A stretch of 64,000 nucleotides of DNA from an uncultured delta proteobacterium (GTDB taxonomy: Bacteria > Myxococcota_A > Polyangia > Polyangiales > Polyangiaceae): the NCBI GenBank assembly GCA_963782055.1, contig CAWAIF010000003.1:2368001-2432000 (forward strand), given 5' to 3'. A program made the translations under genes and the position numbers. This document shows positions 47,416-58,730 of the stretch, piece after piece. Positions within the stretch are counted from its first letter, which is position 1. The number at the start of each line of letters is the position of its first letter. Under the pieces are notes generated by a model that was given only the letters and a program-made list of their open reading frames with translations, had not been told where the DNA came from and did not search any database.

Positions 47416-47970
47416 CTAGAACACGCCGCGTACGCCCAGCGTGATGCGTGGCGTCCCGCCGTCACCGCGGCCGCGCGGCATCGTGAGGGAGAACGCCGGC
47501 GTCATGATGACCTGCGGCACGTGGCGGTCGTGCTTGATGAAGCCGAGCGCGCCGAGGATCGCCCCCGCCCCCTGCAGCACGCCGGAGAGGACGAGGTCGA
47601 GGTCGATGGGGAAGGCGTTGCAGTCGATGGTCTGGTGCTGGAGGGGGCACCCCTCCGGGTTGGAGAGGTCGGAGCCCAGCCCGATCCACGGCCCGGCGAC
47701 GGGGAGGAGCAGCACCGGGGAGATGCCCCCGAAGCCCTCCGCGAGGGCAATCACCACCGCGCCCAGGTAGCCGCTGCCCAGGAGCGCCGCCCCCGCGATC
47801 CAGAGTCCCGGTCGCGGGCTACGGACGATACGGTAGCCGTGCGTGGTGAGGCCCACCGAGACGGGCGGAGGATCGCCCGGGGAAGGCTCCGCTCGCGCGC
47901 CGGCGGCCGCGAAGACGAGCGCCAGCGCTCCCATGGCGGCCGCGCCGTGCCTCCCCCGCGTCGAGCACAT
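47416..47970 (-). CDS. Secreted/membrane hypothetical protein ending in a beta-signal-like motif
   Basis: Signal peptide; [24 protein letters not shown]; ends LGVRGVF. Confidence 0.7.
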   Translation of the reverse strand: MCSTRGRHGAAAMGALALVFAAAGARAEPSPGDPPPVSVGLTTHGYRIVRSPRPGLWIAGAALLGSGYLGAVVIALAEGFGGISPVLLLPVAGPWIGLGSDLSNPEGCPLQHQTIDCNAFPIDLDLVLSGVLQGAGAILGALGFIKHDRHVPQVIMTPAFSLTMPRGRGDGGTPRITLGVRGVF

Positions 47971-48110
47971 CGCCCCGACGCTAGCACGAGCGTGCGCGCG
48001 CGCTCGGTCCGCCGTTGCCGCGGGAGCGCGCCGCGTGCTACCCACGAGGCCCCATCCTTCGCGCTTCGCCGCCGCCCCGGCGCGCTGGCGCGGACCCACA
48101 GGAGGCCGAG

Positions 48111-49318
<1,208 letters not shown>

Positions 49319-49322
<4 letters not shown>

Positions 49323-50212
49323 GCGTCCTGGTCGGAAAGAGCACGCGCCTGCTCGTGCAGGGCATCACCGGCAGCGCCGGGAGCTTCCACGCCAAGCAGT
49401 GCATGGCCTACGGCACCCACGTCGTCGCCGGCGTCACCCCCGGCCGCGGGGGCGAGAAGTTCGAGGGCAAGGTCCCCGTCTACGACACCGTCGTGAAGGC
49501 GGTGAAGGAGACCGGCGCCGACGCGAGCGTCATCTTCGTGCCGCCGCCCGGCGCGGCGGACGCGATCCTCGAGGCGTTCGACGCGGGCATCCCCCTCGTC
49601 GTCTGCATCACCGAGGGCGTGCCCGTCATGGACATGATCAAGGTGCGCAAGGTGCTGGAGGAGCTCAAGACGCCCGACGGCAAGCCGAGGGCGCGTCTCA
49701 TCGGCCCGAACTGCCCGGGCATCATCACGCCGGACCAGTGCAAGATCGGCATCATGCCCGGCCACATCCACAAGGCCGGCCACGTCGGCGTCGTCTCGCG
49801 CTCCGGCACGCTCACCTACGAGGCCGTCGGGCAGCTGACCGCGCTCGGCATCGGCCAGTCGACGTGCATCGGCATCGGCGGCGATCCCGTCGGCGGCATG
49901 GACTTCGTGGACGTGCTCACCCTCTTCAACGAGGACCCCGACACGCACGGCGTCATCATGATCGGCGAGATCGGCGGCGGCGCGGAGGAGCGCGGCGCGG
50001 CCTACATCAAGGCGAACATGAAGAAGCCCGTCGCGTGCTTCATCGCCGGCACCACGGCGCCGCCGGGCAAGCGCATGGGCCACGCGGGTGCGATCATCTC
50101 CGGCGGGCAAGGCACCGCCGCGGCCAAGATCGCCGCGCTCGAGGCGGCGGGCTGCAAGGTGGCGCCCACGCCGAGCGACATGGCCACGACGCTTCGCTCG
50201 ATGATGAGCTGA
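49319..50212 (+). CDS. sucD: Succinyl-CoA synthetase alpha subunit
   Basis: [32 protein letters not shown]. Confidence 0.98.
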
Positions 50213-50241
50213 GCTCCGCGCGCGCCGGCCGCGCCCGCCGG

Positions 50242-50838
50242 TCATCGCGATGGCGCCTCGCCCTCGAAGGCGCTGTCGAGTACGCGCTGGCGTTGCGCGC
50301 GCCGAGCCCGCGCGCGCCGCGCGCGTTCGTCCGCGCGCAGGACCCAGAAGCCGTACTCGGTGCGCCTGTCGAGCGTGGCCTCGTCGCCGAAGCCGAGCCG
50401 GATGCGCATGCAGAGCGCTTCGAGGTGCCTGCGCGCGCTGGCGCACCGCCGCGCGTCGGGCCAGCGGCGTTCGCCCGGCGCAAGCGCGCCGTCGAGCGCG
50501 AGCCCGACGTGCCCCACGAGCACGAGCCCGTAGTACGCGCGGCGCACGCGCCGGCGACCCTCGGGCGTGAGGGCGACGATGCAGTCGCGCCCGTCACGCC
50601 GCCGCGTCACGAGCCCAAGCTGCTCGAGCGACCGCATCATGCGGCTGATGGTCGACCGCGCGACGCCCAGCGCCCGCCGGAGCTGACTTTGAAGGTGGAT
50701 GGTGCGCGTCCCGAGCTTGTACAGCGCATCGAGCAGGTCGAACCGAGCCGCCGTGAGTCCCATCGCCGCCAGCGCCCGCCGCGTGAGCCTGAGCGTCGCG
50801 TAATAAGCCCGCTTGATCGTGAAGAACACAGGGTCCAT
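50242..50838 (-). CDS. MarR-like winged-helix protein, copy 1 (198 aa)
   Basis: GLTAARFDLL...QSQLRRALGVARSTISRMMRSLEQLGLVTR...VALTPEGR. Confidence 0.88.
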   Translation of the reverse strand: MDPVFFTIKRAYYATLRLTRRALAAMGLTAARFDLLDALYKLGTRTIHLQSQLRRALGVARSTISRMMRSLEQLGLVTRRRDGRDCIVALTPEGRRRVRRAYYGLVLVGHVGLALDGALAPGERRWPDARRCASARRHLEALCMRIRLGFGDEATLDRRTEYGFWVLRADERARRARARRAQRQRVLDSAFEGEAPSR

Positions 50839-50850
50839 CCCATCCCTCCA

Positions 50851-50866
50851 AGCACCCCGTGTGCCA
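50851..50866 (-). promoter_or_regulatory. sigma54-like -24/-12 box
   Basis: TGGCACACGGGGTGCT, 12 nt before ATG; conserved in copy 2. Confidence 0.6.
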
Positions 50867-50989
50867 CCCCCCCCTTCCACAGAATCCCGCTGAAACGTCG
50901 AACGGCGAGCGTGCTTGCAATCCGACGTTTGGTGTCCGGGGACAGGGGGAGGGGACAGGGGGGACAGTCGCGAGGGTAGCGCGAGAGCC

Positions 50990-51084
50990 GCGCGCCACAT
51001 CGTGCGGACCCGCGCGCCATGCGGACCCCAGCGCGCCATGCGGACCCCAGCGGCGGCGCGCCATGCGGACCCCAGCAGCGGCGG
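50990..51084. repeat. Imperfect tandem repeat GCGCGCCATGCGGACCCCA (3-4 units)
   Basis: Read directly between the MarR cassette and ndk. Confidence 0.85.
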
Positions 51085-51263
51085 AAGGGGCGAGGCGGGT
51101 GGCGTCCTGCCGGTCAGCGGCGCGCCGCTCGGACCCCGCCGGCCGGGCTCGGAGAAAGCGGGACTCTTGGAAATGGTTTGCCTTTCGCGTCGGCGTCTCC
51201 TAGAAGACGCACGCAAATCGCGGGCGCTTCACGCGGCGCGGCGCGCACAGCCGGAGTGCGATC

Positions 51264-51692
51264 ATGGCCCTGGAACGAACCCTCTGCATCATCAAGCCCG
51301 ACGCCGTCGAGAAGCATCACGCCGGCTCCATCCTCGCGCTCCTCGAGAAGGAGGGCTTCGAGATCCTCGCGCTCAAGCGGCTGCACCTCTCCAAGCCCGT
51401 GGCCGAGGGGTTCTACGCGGTGCACAAGGAGCGCCCCTTCTTCGGCGAGCTCGTCACCTTCATGACCCGCACGCCCGTCGTCGTCGCGGTGCTGCAGCGT
51501 GACGAAGCCGTGACGAAGTATCGTGCGGTGATGGGCGCGACGGACCCCGCGAAGGCGGACGCCGGCACCATCCGCAAGCTCTACGGCTCGAACGTGGGAG
51601 AGAACGCGGTGCACGGCTCCGACTCGCTGGCCAACGCCAAGATCGAGATCGCGTACTTCTTCGCCGCGTCCGAGGTCTCTCCTCAGGCGTGA
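51264..51692 (+). CDS. ndk: Nucleoside diphosphate kinase
   Basis: [27 protein letters not shown]. Confidence 0.98.
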   Translation: MALERTLCIIKPDAVEKHHAGSILALLEKEGFEILALKRLHLSKPVAEGFYAVHKERPFFGELVTFMTRTPVVVAVLQRDEAVTKYRAVMGATDPAKADAGTIRKLYGSNVGENAVHGSDSLANAKIEIAYFFAASEVSPQA

Positions 51693-51788
51693 TCGTGATA
51701 CAGTGTCGTCGCCGTCCGTGGGTGGGATGGGCGGTGTCACGCGCTCACCGGCACCTTGGCTTCGGCCCGCGTGCGTGCTTGTCCACCC

Positions 51789-52651
51789 ATGGCGACGAAG
51801 AAGGAATCCGAAAGGCAGTCGGAGGCGCCCGCGGCCTCCAGCCCGCGGCCCACGAAGGCGTCGCGCTCCGCGCCGGTCCCTTCGGGCGAGACGCGCTGGG
51901 GCAAGGTCCGCGACGCGCTCGCCGCGCTGGGCAACCTGGAGACGGTGCTGCGGGGCGGCGCCGCCCCCTCCCTCGGTGAAGGCGTCATCCCCGAGCTGCG
52001 GCAGGGCATCGAGTGGCTGCGCGAGGCCTTCCGCAGAGCCAACGCGCCCGCGAGCGGCGACGCATCTCGCAGCGAGGCCATGCGCGCCCTCGAGAGCTAC
52101 GCCGCCGTCCGCCTCGACGGCCTCGACGTCGCCCTCGACCGTCTCCTGGAGGCTCCCGCCGACGAGCTCATCGAGACCGTGTCGCACCTGAGCGGTGAGC
52201 TCGACGCCGCCGCCGGTCTGCTCGACCTGGCCGAGCGCTCCCTCTCCCCCTCCCTGTGGACCTCTCCGTCGGCACCCTCGCCGAGCAGTCACTGCAGGTG
52301 GCGTGGACCATCCGCCCCCACGGCGTGACGAACGTGAGCGTCCGGCCGGTCACCGCCGATTGCTCGGTCCAGTGCGATCCCCACATCGCCACCCGCCTGC
52401 TCGCCATCGCGGTGTCCATCGTGCGCGAGCAGGGAGGCGAGGTCGTCGTCGGCACCCGCGTCGGCGAGACCGAGGCGGTGATCGAGGTCATGCCGGCGTC
52501 CACGCCGGACCCGCACGACGCCGTCGTGCAGACCAAGCTCGTGCGCCACATCGAGCCGACGGAGGCCGTCGCCCACGCGGCGGCGCGCGCGGCGGGCATC
52601 GAGCTGCGCGTGGAGCCGCTGCGGGTCGAGCTGCGGCTGCCGCGCGGCTGA
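51789..52651 (+). pseudogene. Hypothetical protein (possibly degenerate HisKA/HATPase-like) split by a frameshift near 52250
   Basis: ORFs 51756..52328 and 52256..52651 join as ...LAERSLSPSPVDLSV... if one C is added to the CCCTCTCCCCCTCCC tract. Could be a sequencing error. Confidence 0.6.
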
Positions 52652-52699
52652 TCCCCCGGCCCCCTCGCGCGGGGCCGTCGCATTTGGTAGGGAGGCGGG

Positions 52700-53521
52700 A
52701 TGGAGCCGAAGCTTCTCGTCGAGGCCGCGTTCGCCAACCGGGCCCTGTTGCACGCGGCGGACCACACCCGCGCCGTGCTCGCCACCATCGACGCGCTCGA
52801 CCGCGGCGAGCTGCGCGTCGCCTCGCCCCCCGAGTCGGAGGGCGGCGAGTGGGTCACCCACGCGTGGATCAAGCAGGCCATCCTGCTCTACTTCGCCCTG
52901 CGCAAGATGGAGAAGATGGAGGTCGGGCCCTTCGAGTTTTACGACAAGATCCCGCTCAAGAAGGGCCTGGACACCGCGGGCGTGCGCGTCGTGCCGCCCG
53001 GCGTCGTGCGCTACGGCGCCTTCCTCGAGCCCGGCGCGATCGTGATGCCCGGCTACGTGAACATCGGCGCGCGCGTCGGCGCCGGCACCATGGTCGACAC
53101 CTGGGCCACCGTCGGCTCCTGCGCGCAGGTCGGCCGCGACTGCCACCTCGCCGGCGGCGTCGGCATAGGCGGCGTCCTGGAGCCGCCCGGCGCGCGGCCG
53201 GTCATCATCGAGGACGGCGTCTTCGTCGGCTCCCGCGCCGTCGTCGTGGAGGGCACCCTCGTCGGCCGCGAGGCCGTCATCGGCGCGGGCGTCGTGCTCA
53301 CCTCCTCCACCCTCATCATCGACGTCACCGGCCCCGAGCCCAAGGAGCTGCGCGGCGTCATCCCGCCGCGCAGCGTCGTCATCCCCGGCGTGCGCACCCG
53401 GAAGTTCCCCGCGGGAGAGTACGGCGTCCCCTGCGCGCTCATCATCGGCCGGCGCAGCGAGAGTACGGACAGGAAGGTCAGCCTCAACGCGGCGCTGCGC
53501 GACTTCGCGGTGCCCGTATGA
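52700..53521 (+). CDS. dapD: Tetrahydrodipicolinate N-succinyltransferase
   Basis: WIKQAILLYF, YDKIPLK, TMVDTWATVGSCAQVG, GIGGVLEP. Confidence 0.97.
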   Translation: MEPKLLVEAAFANRALLHAADHTRAVLATIDALDRGELRVASPPESEGGEWVTHAWIKQAILLYFALRKMEKMEVGPFEFYDKIPLKKGLDTAGVRVVPPGVVRYGAFLEPGAIVMPGYVNIGARVGAGTMVDTWATVGSCAQVGRDCHLAGGVGIGGVLEPPGARPVIIEDGVFVGSRAVVVEGTLVGREAVIGAGVVLTSSTLIIDVTGPEPKELRGVIPPRSVVIPGVRTRKFPAGEYGVPCALIIGRRSESTDRKVSLNAALRDFAVPV

Positions 53522-54603
53522 CCGACGCGGCGGTGCGGCGCCTCCTCGACGAAACGCTGCTCTGGCTCTGCTCCATCGCCTCGCCCATCGGCGAGGAGCG
53601 CGCGCTCTGCGACGCCGTGGAGAAGCGCCTCGCCGCGCGCCCCCTGCCCGCGCCCATCCGCCGTCACGGCGACTCCCTCGTCGTCCCGCTCGTCCGTCGC
53701 GGCGGCGGCGCCCCGCACGTCGCCCTCGCCGGCCACCTCGACACCGTCCGCACCGAGAACGGCCCCGCCCGCCTGGAGGCCGGCCGCTGCCACGGCGCGG
53801 GCTCCAGCGACATGAAGAGCGGCCTGGCCGTGATGATCGCCCTCGCCGAGACCCTCGACCTCGCCTCCGTCCCCTGCGACCTCACCCTCGTCTTCTACGC
53901 ACGCGAGGAGGGCCCCTTCGCCGAGAACGAGCTCGGCGTGGTGCTCGAGGAGGACCCCGAGCTCGGCCACGTCGACTTCGCCGTCTGCCTCGAGCCCTCC
54001 GACAACCGCCTGCAGCTCGGGTGCACCGGCTCCATCCACGCCACGATCACCTTCGAAGGAAAGACCGCGCACAGCGCCCGCCCGTGGGAGGGCGACAACG
54101 CCATCACCAAGGCCGCGGCCTTCCTCGCCGAGGTCGGCGCCCGGGCGCCGGTGGAGACGCGCATCGACGAGCTCACCTTCCGCACCGTCACGACAATCAC
54201 CCAGGCGCGCGACGGCGGTCGCGGCCGCAACGTCGTGCCCGACCGCTTCCTCCTCAACCTCAACCACCGCTTCGCACCGGACGTCTCGCTCGAGCAGGCG
54301 CAGCAGCAGGTGCGCGATCTCGTCGCCGGCCGCGCCCGCGTCGACTTCGTCGACCTCTCCCCCGCGGCGATGCCTCACCGCCATCACCCCCTCACCGAGA
54401 AGCTCATCGCCGCCGGCGTCGTCGCGGTCGAGCGCAAGCAGGCGTGGACCGACGTCGCCCGCTTCGCCGCGCTTTGCGTCACCGCCGTCAACTTCGGCCC
54501 GGGGGAGAACGCGCAGGCCCACCAGAAGAACGAGTCCACGGCCCTCTCGCTCGTGCACGAGGGCCACGACATCCTGCGCCGCTGGCTCGCGAGCCTCCCG
54601 TGA
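53518..54603 (+). CDS. dapE: Succinyl-diaminopimelate desuccinylase
   Basis: AGHLDTV, SDMKSG, REEG, AHSARPW, WTDVARF, NFGPG; follows dapD with ATGA overlap. Confidence 0.93.
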   Translation: MTDAAVRRLLDETLLWLCSIASPIGEERALCDAVEKRLAARPLPAPIRRHGDSLVVPLVRRGGGAPHVALAGHLDTVRTENGPARLEAGRCHGAGSSDMKSGLAVMIALAETLDLASVPCDLTLVFYAREEGPFAENELGVVLEEDPELGHVDFAVCLEPSDNRLQLGCTGSIHATITFEGKTAHSARPWEGDNAITKAAAFLAEVGARAPVETRIDELTFRTVTTITQARDGGRGRNVVPDRFLLNLNHRFAPDVSLEQAQQQVRDLVAGRARVDFVDLSPAAMPHRHHPLTEKLIAAGVVAVERKQAWTDVARFAALCVTAVNFGPGENAQAHQKNESTALSLVHEGHDILRRWLASLP

Positions 54604-54640
54604 GCAACGACGCCCCCGCGCGGGTCGAGAGGACAGGGTC

Positions 54641-55981
54641 ATGGCGAAGCTAGAGACGCGCTACGTGTGCCAGGCGTGCGGCGCCCTGTTCCCCAAGTGG
54701 ATCGGACGCTGCACCTCCTGCGGCGGGTGGAACACCATCCTGGAGGAGTCGGCGCCGAAGAAGGGCGCCGGCACCATGAGGAGCGCGCCCGCCGCGCGCC
54801 CCGTCGGGGCCATCGAGGCCGACTCCTCCGCCCGCGTCCCCACGGGCATCGCCGAGCTGGATCGCGTCCTCGGCGGCGGCGCGGTGCTGGGCGGCGTCAC
54901 CCTCATCGGCGGTGATCCCGGCGTCGGCAAGTCCACCCTCCTGATGCAGGCGCTCGCCGGCCTCGCGTCGCGCGGGCTGCGCTGCCTGTACGTCTCCGGC
55001 GAGGAGAGCGCCGGCCAGACCGCCTCGCGCGCGCGGCGGCTGGGCGCGTCGGGCGACGCCCTCCTCGTGCTCGCCGAGAACGATCTGGAGGCCATCGAGC
55101 TCGCGCTGGAGGCGGAGCGCCCGCAGGCGCTGGTGCTCGACAGCGTGCAGACCGTACGCTCCGGGGCCGTCGAGAGCGCCGCGGGCACCGTCAGCCAGCT
55201 TCGCGAGGTCGCCGCCCGCCTCATCGATCGCGCCAAGCGCGCCGACATCGCGGCGTTCCTGGTCGGCCACGTGACGAAGGACGGCGTGCTCGCGGGGCCG
55301 AAGGTGCTCGAGCACCTCGTCGACACCGTGCTCGCCTTCGAGGGCGATCGCGGCCACCCGCTGCGCACCCTGCGCGCGCAGAAGAACCGCTTCGGCAGCT
55401 CGACGGAGGTCGGCGTCTTCGAGATGACCGCCGAGGGCATGCGCGAGGTCCCGAGCCCGAGCGCGCTCTTCCTCGCCGAGCGGCCGAAGGGCGTGTCCGG
55501 CAGCGTCATCGCCGCCACCAGCGAGGGTGACAGGCCGCTCCTCGTGGAGGTGCAGGCGCTCGTCGGCCAGCAGTCGCTCGGCACGCCGCGCCGCACGGTG
55601 AGCGGCATCGACAGCGCCCGCCTGGCGATGATCCTCGCGGTGCTCGATCGCAAGGTGGGCCTCGCCGTCGGCTCGGCGGACGTCTTCGTCAACGTCGTCG
55701 GCGGCGTGCGCGTGGACGAGCCGGCGATGGACCTGCCCGTCGCGCTCGCGGTCGCCTCCAGCTTCCGCGACCGGCCGCTCTCGCACGAGCTCGTGGCCTT
55801 CGGCGAGATCGGCCTGGCGGGGGAGGTGCGGGGGGTCGACCGCGTCCCCGGCCGGCTCGCCGAGGCCGCGGCCATGGGGTTTCGCGTCGCCCTGGCGCCG
55901 GCGAGCGCGGCCAGCGCCTCCGCGGACATCGAGGTCGTGCGGGTGCGGACGCTGGCCGAGGCACTCGATCGCACTTTGTGA
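54641..55981 (+). CDS. radA: DNA repair protein RadA/Sms
   Basis: CQAC...CTSC, GDPGVGKST, KNRFG, GEIGLAGEVR. Confidence 0.97.
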   Translation: MAKLETRYVCQACGALFPKWIGRCTSCGGWNTILEESAPKKGAGTMRSAPAARPVGAIEADSSARVPTGIAELDRVLGGGAVLGGVTLIGGDPGVGKSTLLMQALAGLASRGLRCLYVSGEESAGQTASRARRLGASGDALLVLAENDLEAIELALEAERPQALVLDSVQTVRSGAVESAAGTVSQLREVAARLIDRAKRADIAAFLVGHVTKDGVLAGPKVLEHLVDTVLAFEGDRGHPLRTLRAQKNRFGSSTEVGVFEMTAEGMREVPSPSALFLAERPKGVSGSVIAATSEGDRPLLVEVQALVGQQSLGTPRRTVSGIDSARLAMILAVLDRKVGLAVGSADVFVNVVGGVRVDEPAMDLPVALAVASSFRDRPLSHELVAFGEIGLAGEVRGVDRVPGRLAEAAAMGFRVALAPASAASASADIEVVRVRTLAEALDRTL

Positions 55982-56034
55982 AGGCAGCAGCCTGCCCGCC
56001 TGGAATCGAGCCATCCGTGGTACAAACGGGCGCC

Positions 56035-56589
56035 ATGAAGATTTCTCGCCGCCTCGTCATCACAAGCCTCGTCGCCTCTGTCGGCGTCCTGTCCCTCGTC
56101 GCCTGTGGGGACACGGCCGCCAGCTCCGGCGGTGCAGAAAGCGCCGCCGGCAAGAACCACGAGCTCATCGGACAGCCCGCGCCCGACTTCTCCGTCGACT
56201 CGGTGAACGGTCAGGGCAAGGTGAGCCTGTCCGCGCTGAAGGGAAAGGTCGTCATTGTCGACTTCTGGGCGACATGGTGCGACCCCTGCAAGAAGTCCTT
56301 CCCCAAGCTGCAGGACCTGTACACGAAGTACCACGACAGCGGCCTGGAGATCATCGGCTTCTCCGAGGACGACGACAACTCGCCGGACATCGCCGCCTTC
56401 GGCACCTCGCACGGTTCGAAATTTCCGCTCGCGTGGGACGACGGCAAGTCGATCGCCGGGCAGTGGAAGCCGCCGAGCATGCCCTCGAGCTTCATCGTCG
56501 ACCGGAATGGCATCGTCCGCTTCGCGCACCTGGGCTATCATGATGGGGACGAGGCGGTGGTCGAGAAGGAGTTGAAGACCCTGCTCTGA
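56035..56589 (+). CDS. TlpA-family thiol:disulfide oxidoreductase lipoprotein
   Basis: Lipobox LVAC; DFWATWCDPC; MPSSFIVDRNG. Confidence 0.92.
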   Translation: MKISRRLVITSLVASVGVLSLVACGDTAASSGGAESAAGKNHELIGQPAPDFSVDSVNGQGKVSLSALKGKVVIVDFWATWCDPCKKSFPKLQDLYTKYHDSGLEIIGFSEDDDNSPDIAAFGTSHGSKFPLAWDDGKSIAGQWKPPSMPSSFIVDRNGIVRFAHLGYHDGDEAVVEKELKTLL

Positions 56590-56642
56590 CCTCCGTCTGA
56601 CGTCATGGCGGTGCCGGCGGACCGTCCGGCGGAGGAGCGCGT

Positions 56643-57485
56643 ATGGCGGAGCGGACCTACAGCAGCAGGGCACGTCAGGCGCGCAAGGCGTCGTTCGTGG
56701 TCTTGCTGCTGATGGCCGGCCTCTTCGCGACGGGCGCCTCGGCGCAGGACAGGGTCTCGGCCGCCGCGCACGACGTCGTCACGGCGCAGGACTTCCGGCT
56801 GCGCGTGAGCGCCGCCCTGCGGCTCGGGCGCACCCACGATCCGCGCGCGCTCGCCGCGCTCGATCGCGCGCTGGACGATCCGCACCCCGCCGTCCGCACG
56901 GCGGCGGCGGCGGCCCTCGGCGCGCTGGGGGACGCAGCGGCCATCCCCTCGCTCAAGCGCCACGAGGCGAAGGAGCCGGTGGCGAGCGTCAAGGCGCAGA
57001 TCCGGACGACCATCGAGTCCCTGCACAAGTCGAGCACGCTGCAGGGCGTGCAGCTCGTGGTGCAGGTGGGCGCGATGCGCAACCTCACGCGCGTGCGCGG
57101 CGGCGAGCTCGCGGAGGTGCTGCGCAACGCCACCGCCTCCCGCGCGCGGGCGATGAGCAACGTGGCCGTCGCCATGCCGGGCGACCAGGCGGTGCTCGCG
57201 CGCGCCGCGCAGAAGCACCTCCCCGTCGTCCAGCTGGACGGCGCGGTGACGCACCTCACGCAGAGCCGCTCGCGCAACGTGCTGAGCTTCTCTGCGCAGG
57301 TGGAGTTCAGCGTGCGCAAGATCCCCGAGCAGACGATCAAGGGAACGATGAGCGGCGCGGCCACGACGATGGGCCAGGGCGCCACCTCGCGCGCGGCCGT
57401 CGTGCACCTGGAGAACCAGGCGGTGGACAGCGCGGTGGAGAGCGCGCTGCGCGGGGCCGACCAGGTCGTCCTCGCCGCCCGCTGA
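56643..57485 (+). CDS. Secreted HEAT-repeat protein
   Basis: Signal peptide; RVSAALRLG, ALDDPHPAVRTAAAAALG. Confidence 0.8.
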   Translation: MAERTYSSRARQARKASFVVLLLMAGLFATGASAQDRVSAAAHDVVTAQDFRLRVSAALRLGRTHDPRALAALDRALDDPHPAVRTAAAAALGALGDAAAIPSLKRHEAKEPVASVKAQIRTTIESLHKSSTLQGVQLVVQVGAMRNLTRVRGGELAEVLRNATASRARAMSNVAVAMPGDQAVLARAAQKHLPVVQLDGAVTHLTQSRSRNVLSFSAQVEFSVRKIPEQTIKGTMSGAATTMGQGATSRAAVVHLENQAVDSAVESALRGADQVVLAAR

Positions 57486-57558
57486 ACGGCGCCACTCGTC
57501 GCGGGCCGGCACGCGCCGCCCCGCCCGCCGCGCGCGCCTGGTAGGCTCGCCCTCGCCG

Positions 57559-58653
57559 ATGCGCGTGCTCTTCGTCTCCAAGCCCGTCATGCCCCCGTGG
57601 AGCGACGGGTCGAAGAACCTGGTGAGGGATCTGGTCACGCACCTGCGGGGCGTGGAGCCGACGGTGATGGCGTCGCCCGGAGCGCCGCCGCTCGGGCCGA
57701 ACGTGCGGCAGGAGGCGGTGTACGGGGAGGCGCTGCGGTTCGCGCCCAGCCGCAACACGCTGGTCCTGGGGCGGCTGCTCTTCGGCGACCCGATGGACGT
57801 GTGGCACTTCGTCTTCGCGCCCAACGCGCTGTCCTCGATGGCGGCGCGCGGGGCGATCGCGGCGCAGCGCGCGCGGGGGTGGACGGGCCACGTGGTGCAG
57901 ACGGTGGCCAGCCGGCCGAAGCACTGGGACGGGGTGCGGGCGCTGCTCTTCGGCGACCGCATAGTCGCCCTCTCCGAGTGGACGCGCTCGCGGCTGCTGG
58001 CGGGAGGCACGCCCGCGAGCAGGCTTCAGGTCATCCCGCCGTGCGCTCCGCGGGTGGAGGCGCCGGCGGCGGAGGTGGCGGAGGTGCGCGCGGCGCTGCG
58101 CCTGGGTGATGGCCCGGTGGTGACCTATCCGGGGGATCTGGAGGTCTCGACGGGTGCGCCGACGGTCGCCGCCGCGGTGCCGGAGATCCTGCGACGCGTC
58201 CCGGGGGCGCGGGTGGTGTTCGCGTGCCGGCCGAAGACGCCGCGCGCCGCGGAGGTGGAGGCGTCGCTGCGCGCGGAGCTCGCGCCGGTCGCCGAGTACG
58301 TGCGCTTCGCCGGCACGGTCCGGTCGATGGCCGCGCTGCTCGGGGCGACGGATCTGGTCGCCTTTCCGGTGGACGATCTCTACGGCAAGGTGGACGCGCC
58401 CCTGGTGGTGCTGGAGGCCATGGCGCTGGGCAAGCCGGTGGTGGTGGCGCGCGGCGGCCCGCTGGAGGAGCTGGGGCTGCCCCACGTGCCCCCGGGCGAC
58501 GCCGAGGCGCTCGCCGACATGGTGGTGCGCGCGCTGCAGGACGGCGCGGCCCGCGAGCAGCTGGGCCAGGAGGCGCACGCGCGATGGCAGGCGCGGCACA
58601 CGCCGGAGGTCATGGCGGCGCAGTACCTGCAGCTGTACGCGTCGCTGGAGTAG
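57559..58653 (+). CDS. Glycosyltransferase family 4
   Basis: PLVVLEAMALGKPVV, VPPGDAEALA. Confidence 0.9.
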   Translation: MRVLFVSKPVMPPWSDGSKNLVRDLVTHLRGVEPTVMASPGAPPLGPNVRQEAVYGEALRFAPSRNTLVLGRLLFGDPMDVWHFVFAPNALSSMAARGAIAAQRARGWTGHVVQTVASRPKHWDGVRALLFGDRIVALSEWTRSRLLAGGTPASRLQVIPPCAPRVEAPAAEVAEVRAALRLGDGPVVTYPGDLEVSTGAPTVAAAVPEILRRVPGARVVFACRPKTPRAAEVEASLRAELAPVAEYVRFAGTVRSMAALLGATDLVAFPVDDLYGKVDAPLVVLEAMALGKPVVVARGGPLEELGLPHVPPGDAEALADMVVRALQDGAAREQLGQEAHARWQARHTPEVMAAQYLQLYASLE

Positions 58654-58730
58654 CGGAGGCGTCAGGGCGGGGGCGGGGGCGCGTCTGCGAGGGTGTGGTG
58701 GCCTCGGCTTCGGCGGGGCCGTTGTGCTAA

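Larger units (their letters stand above)
50242..50967 (-). mobile_element. Repeated MarR cassette, copy 1 (mobility inferred, not shown)
   Basis: Gene plus ~130 bp upstream are homologous to 61461-62194. Confidence 0.5.

Noticed and set aside
50990..51084. Possible mini CRISPR array
   Set aside because: Units are directly tandem with no unique spacers, and no cas genes are present.
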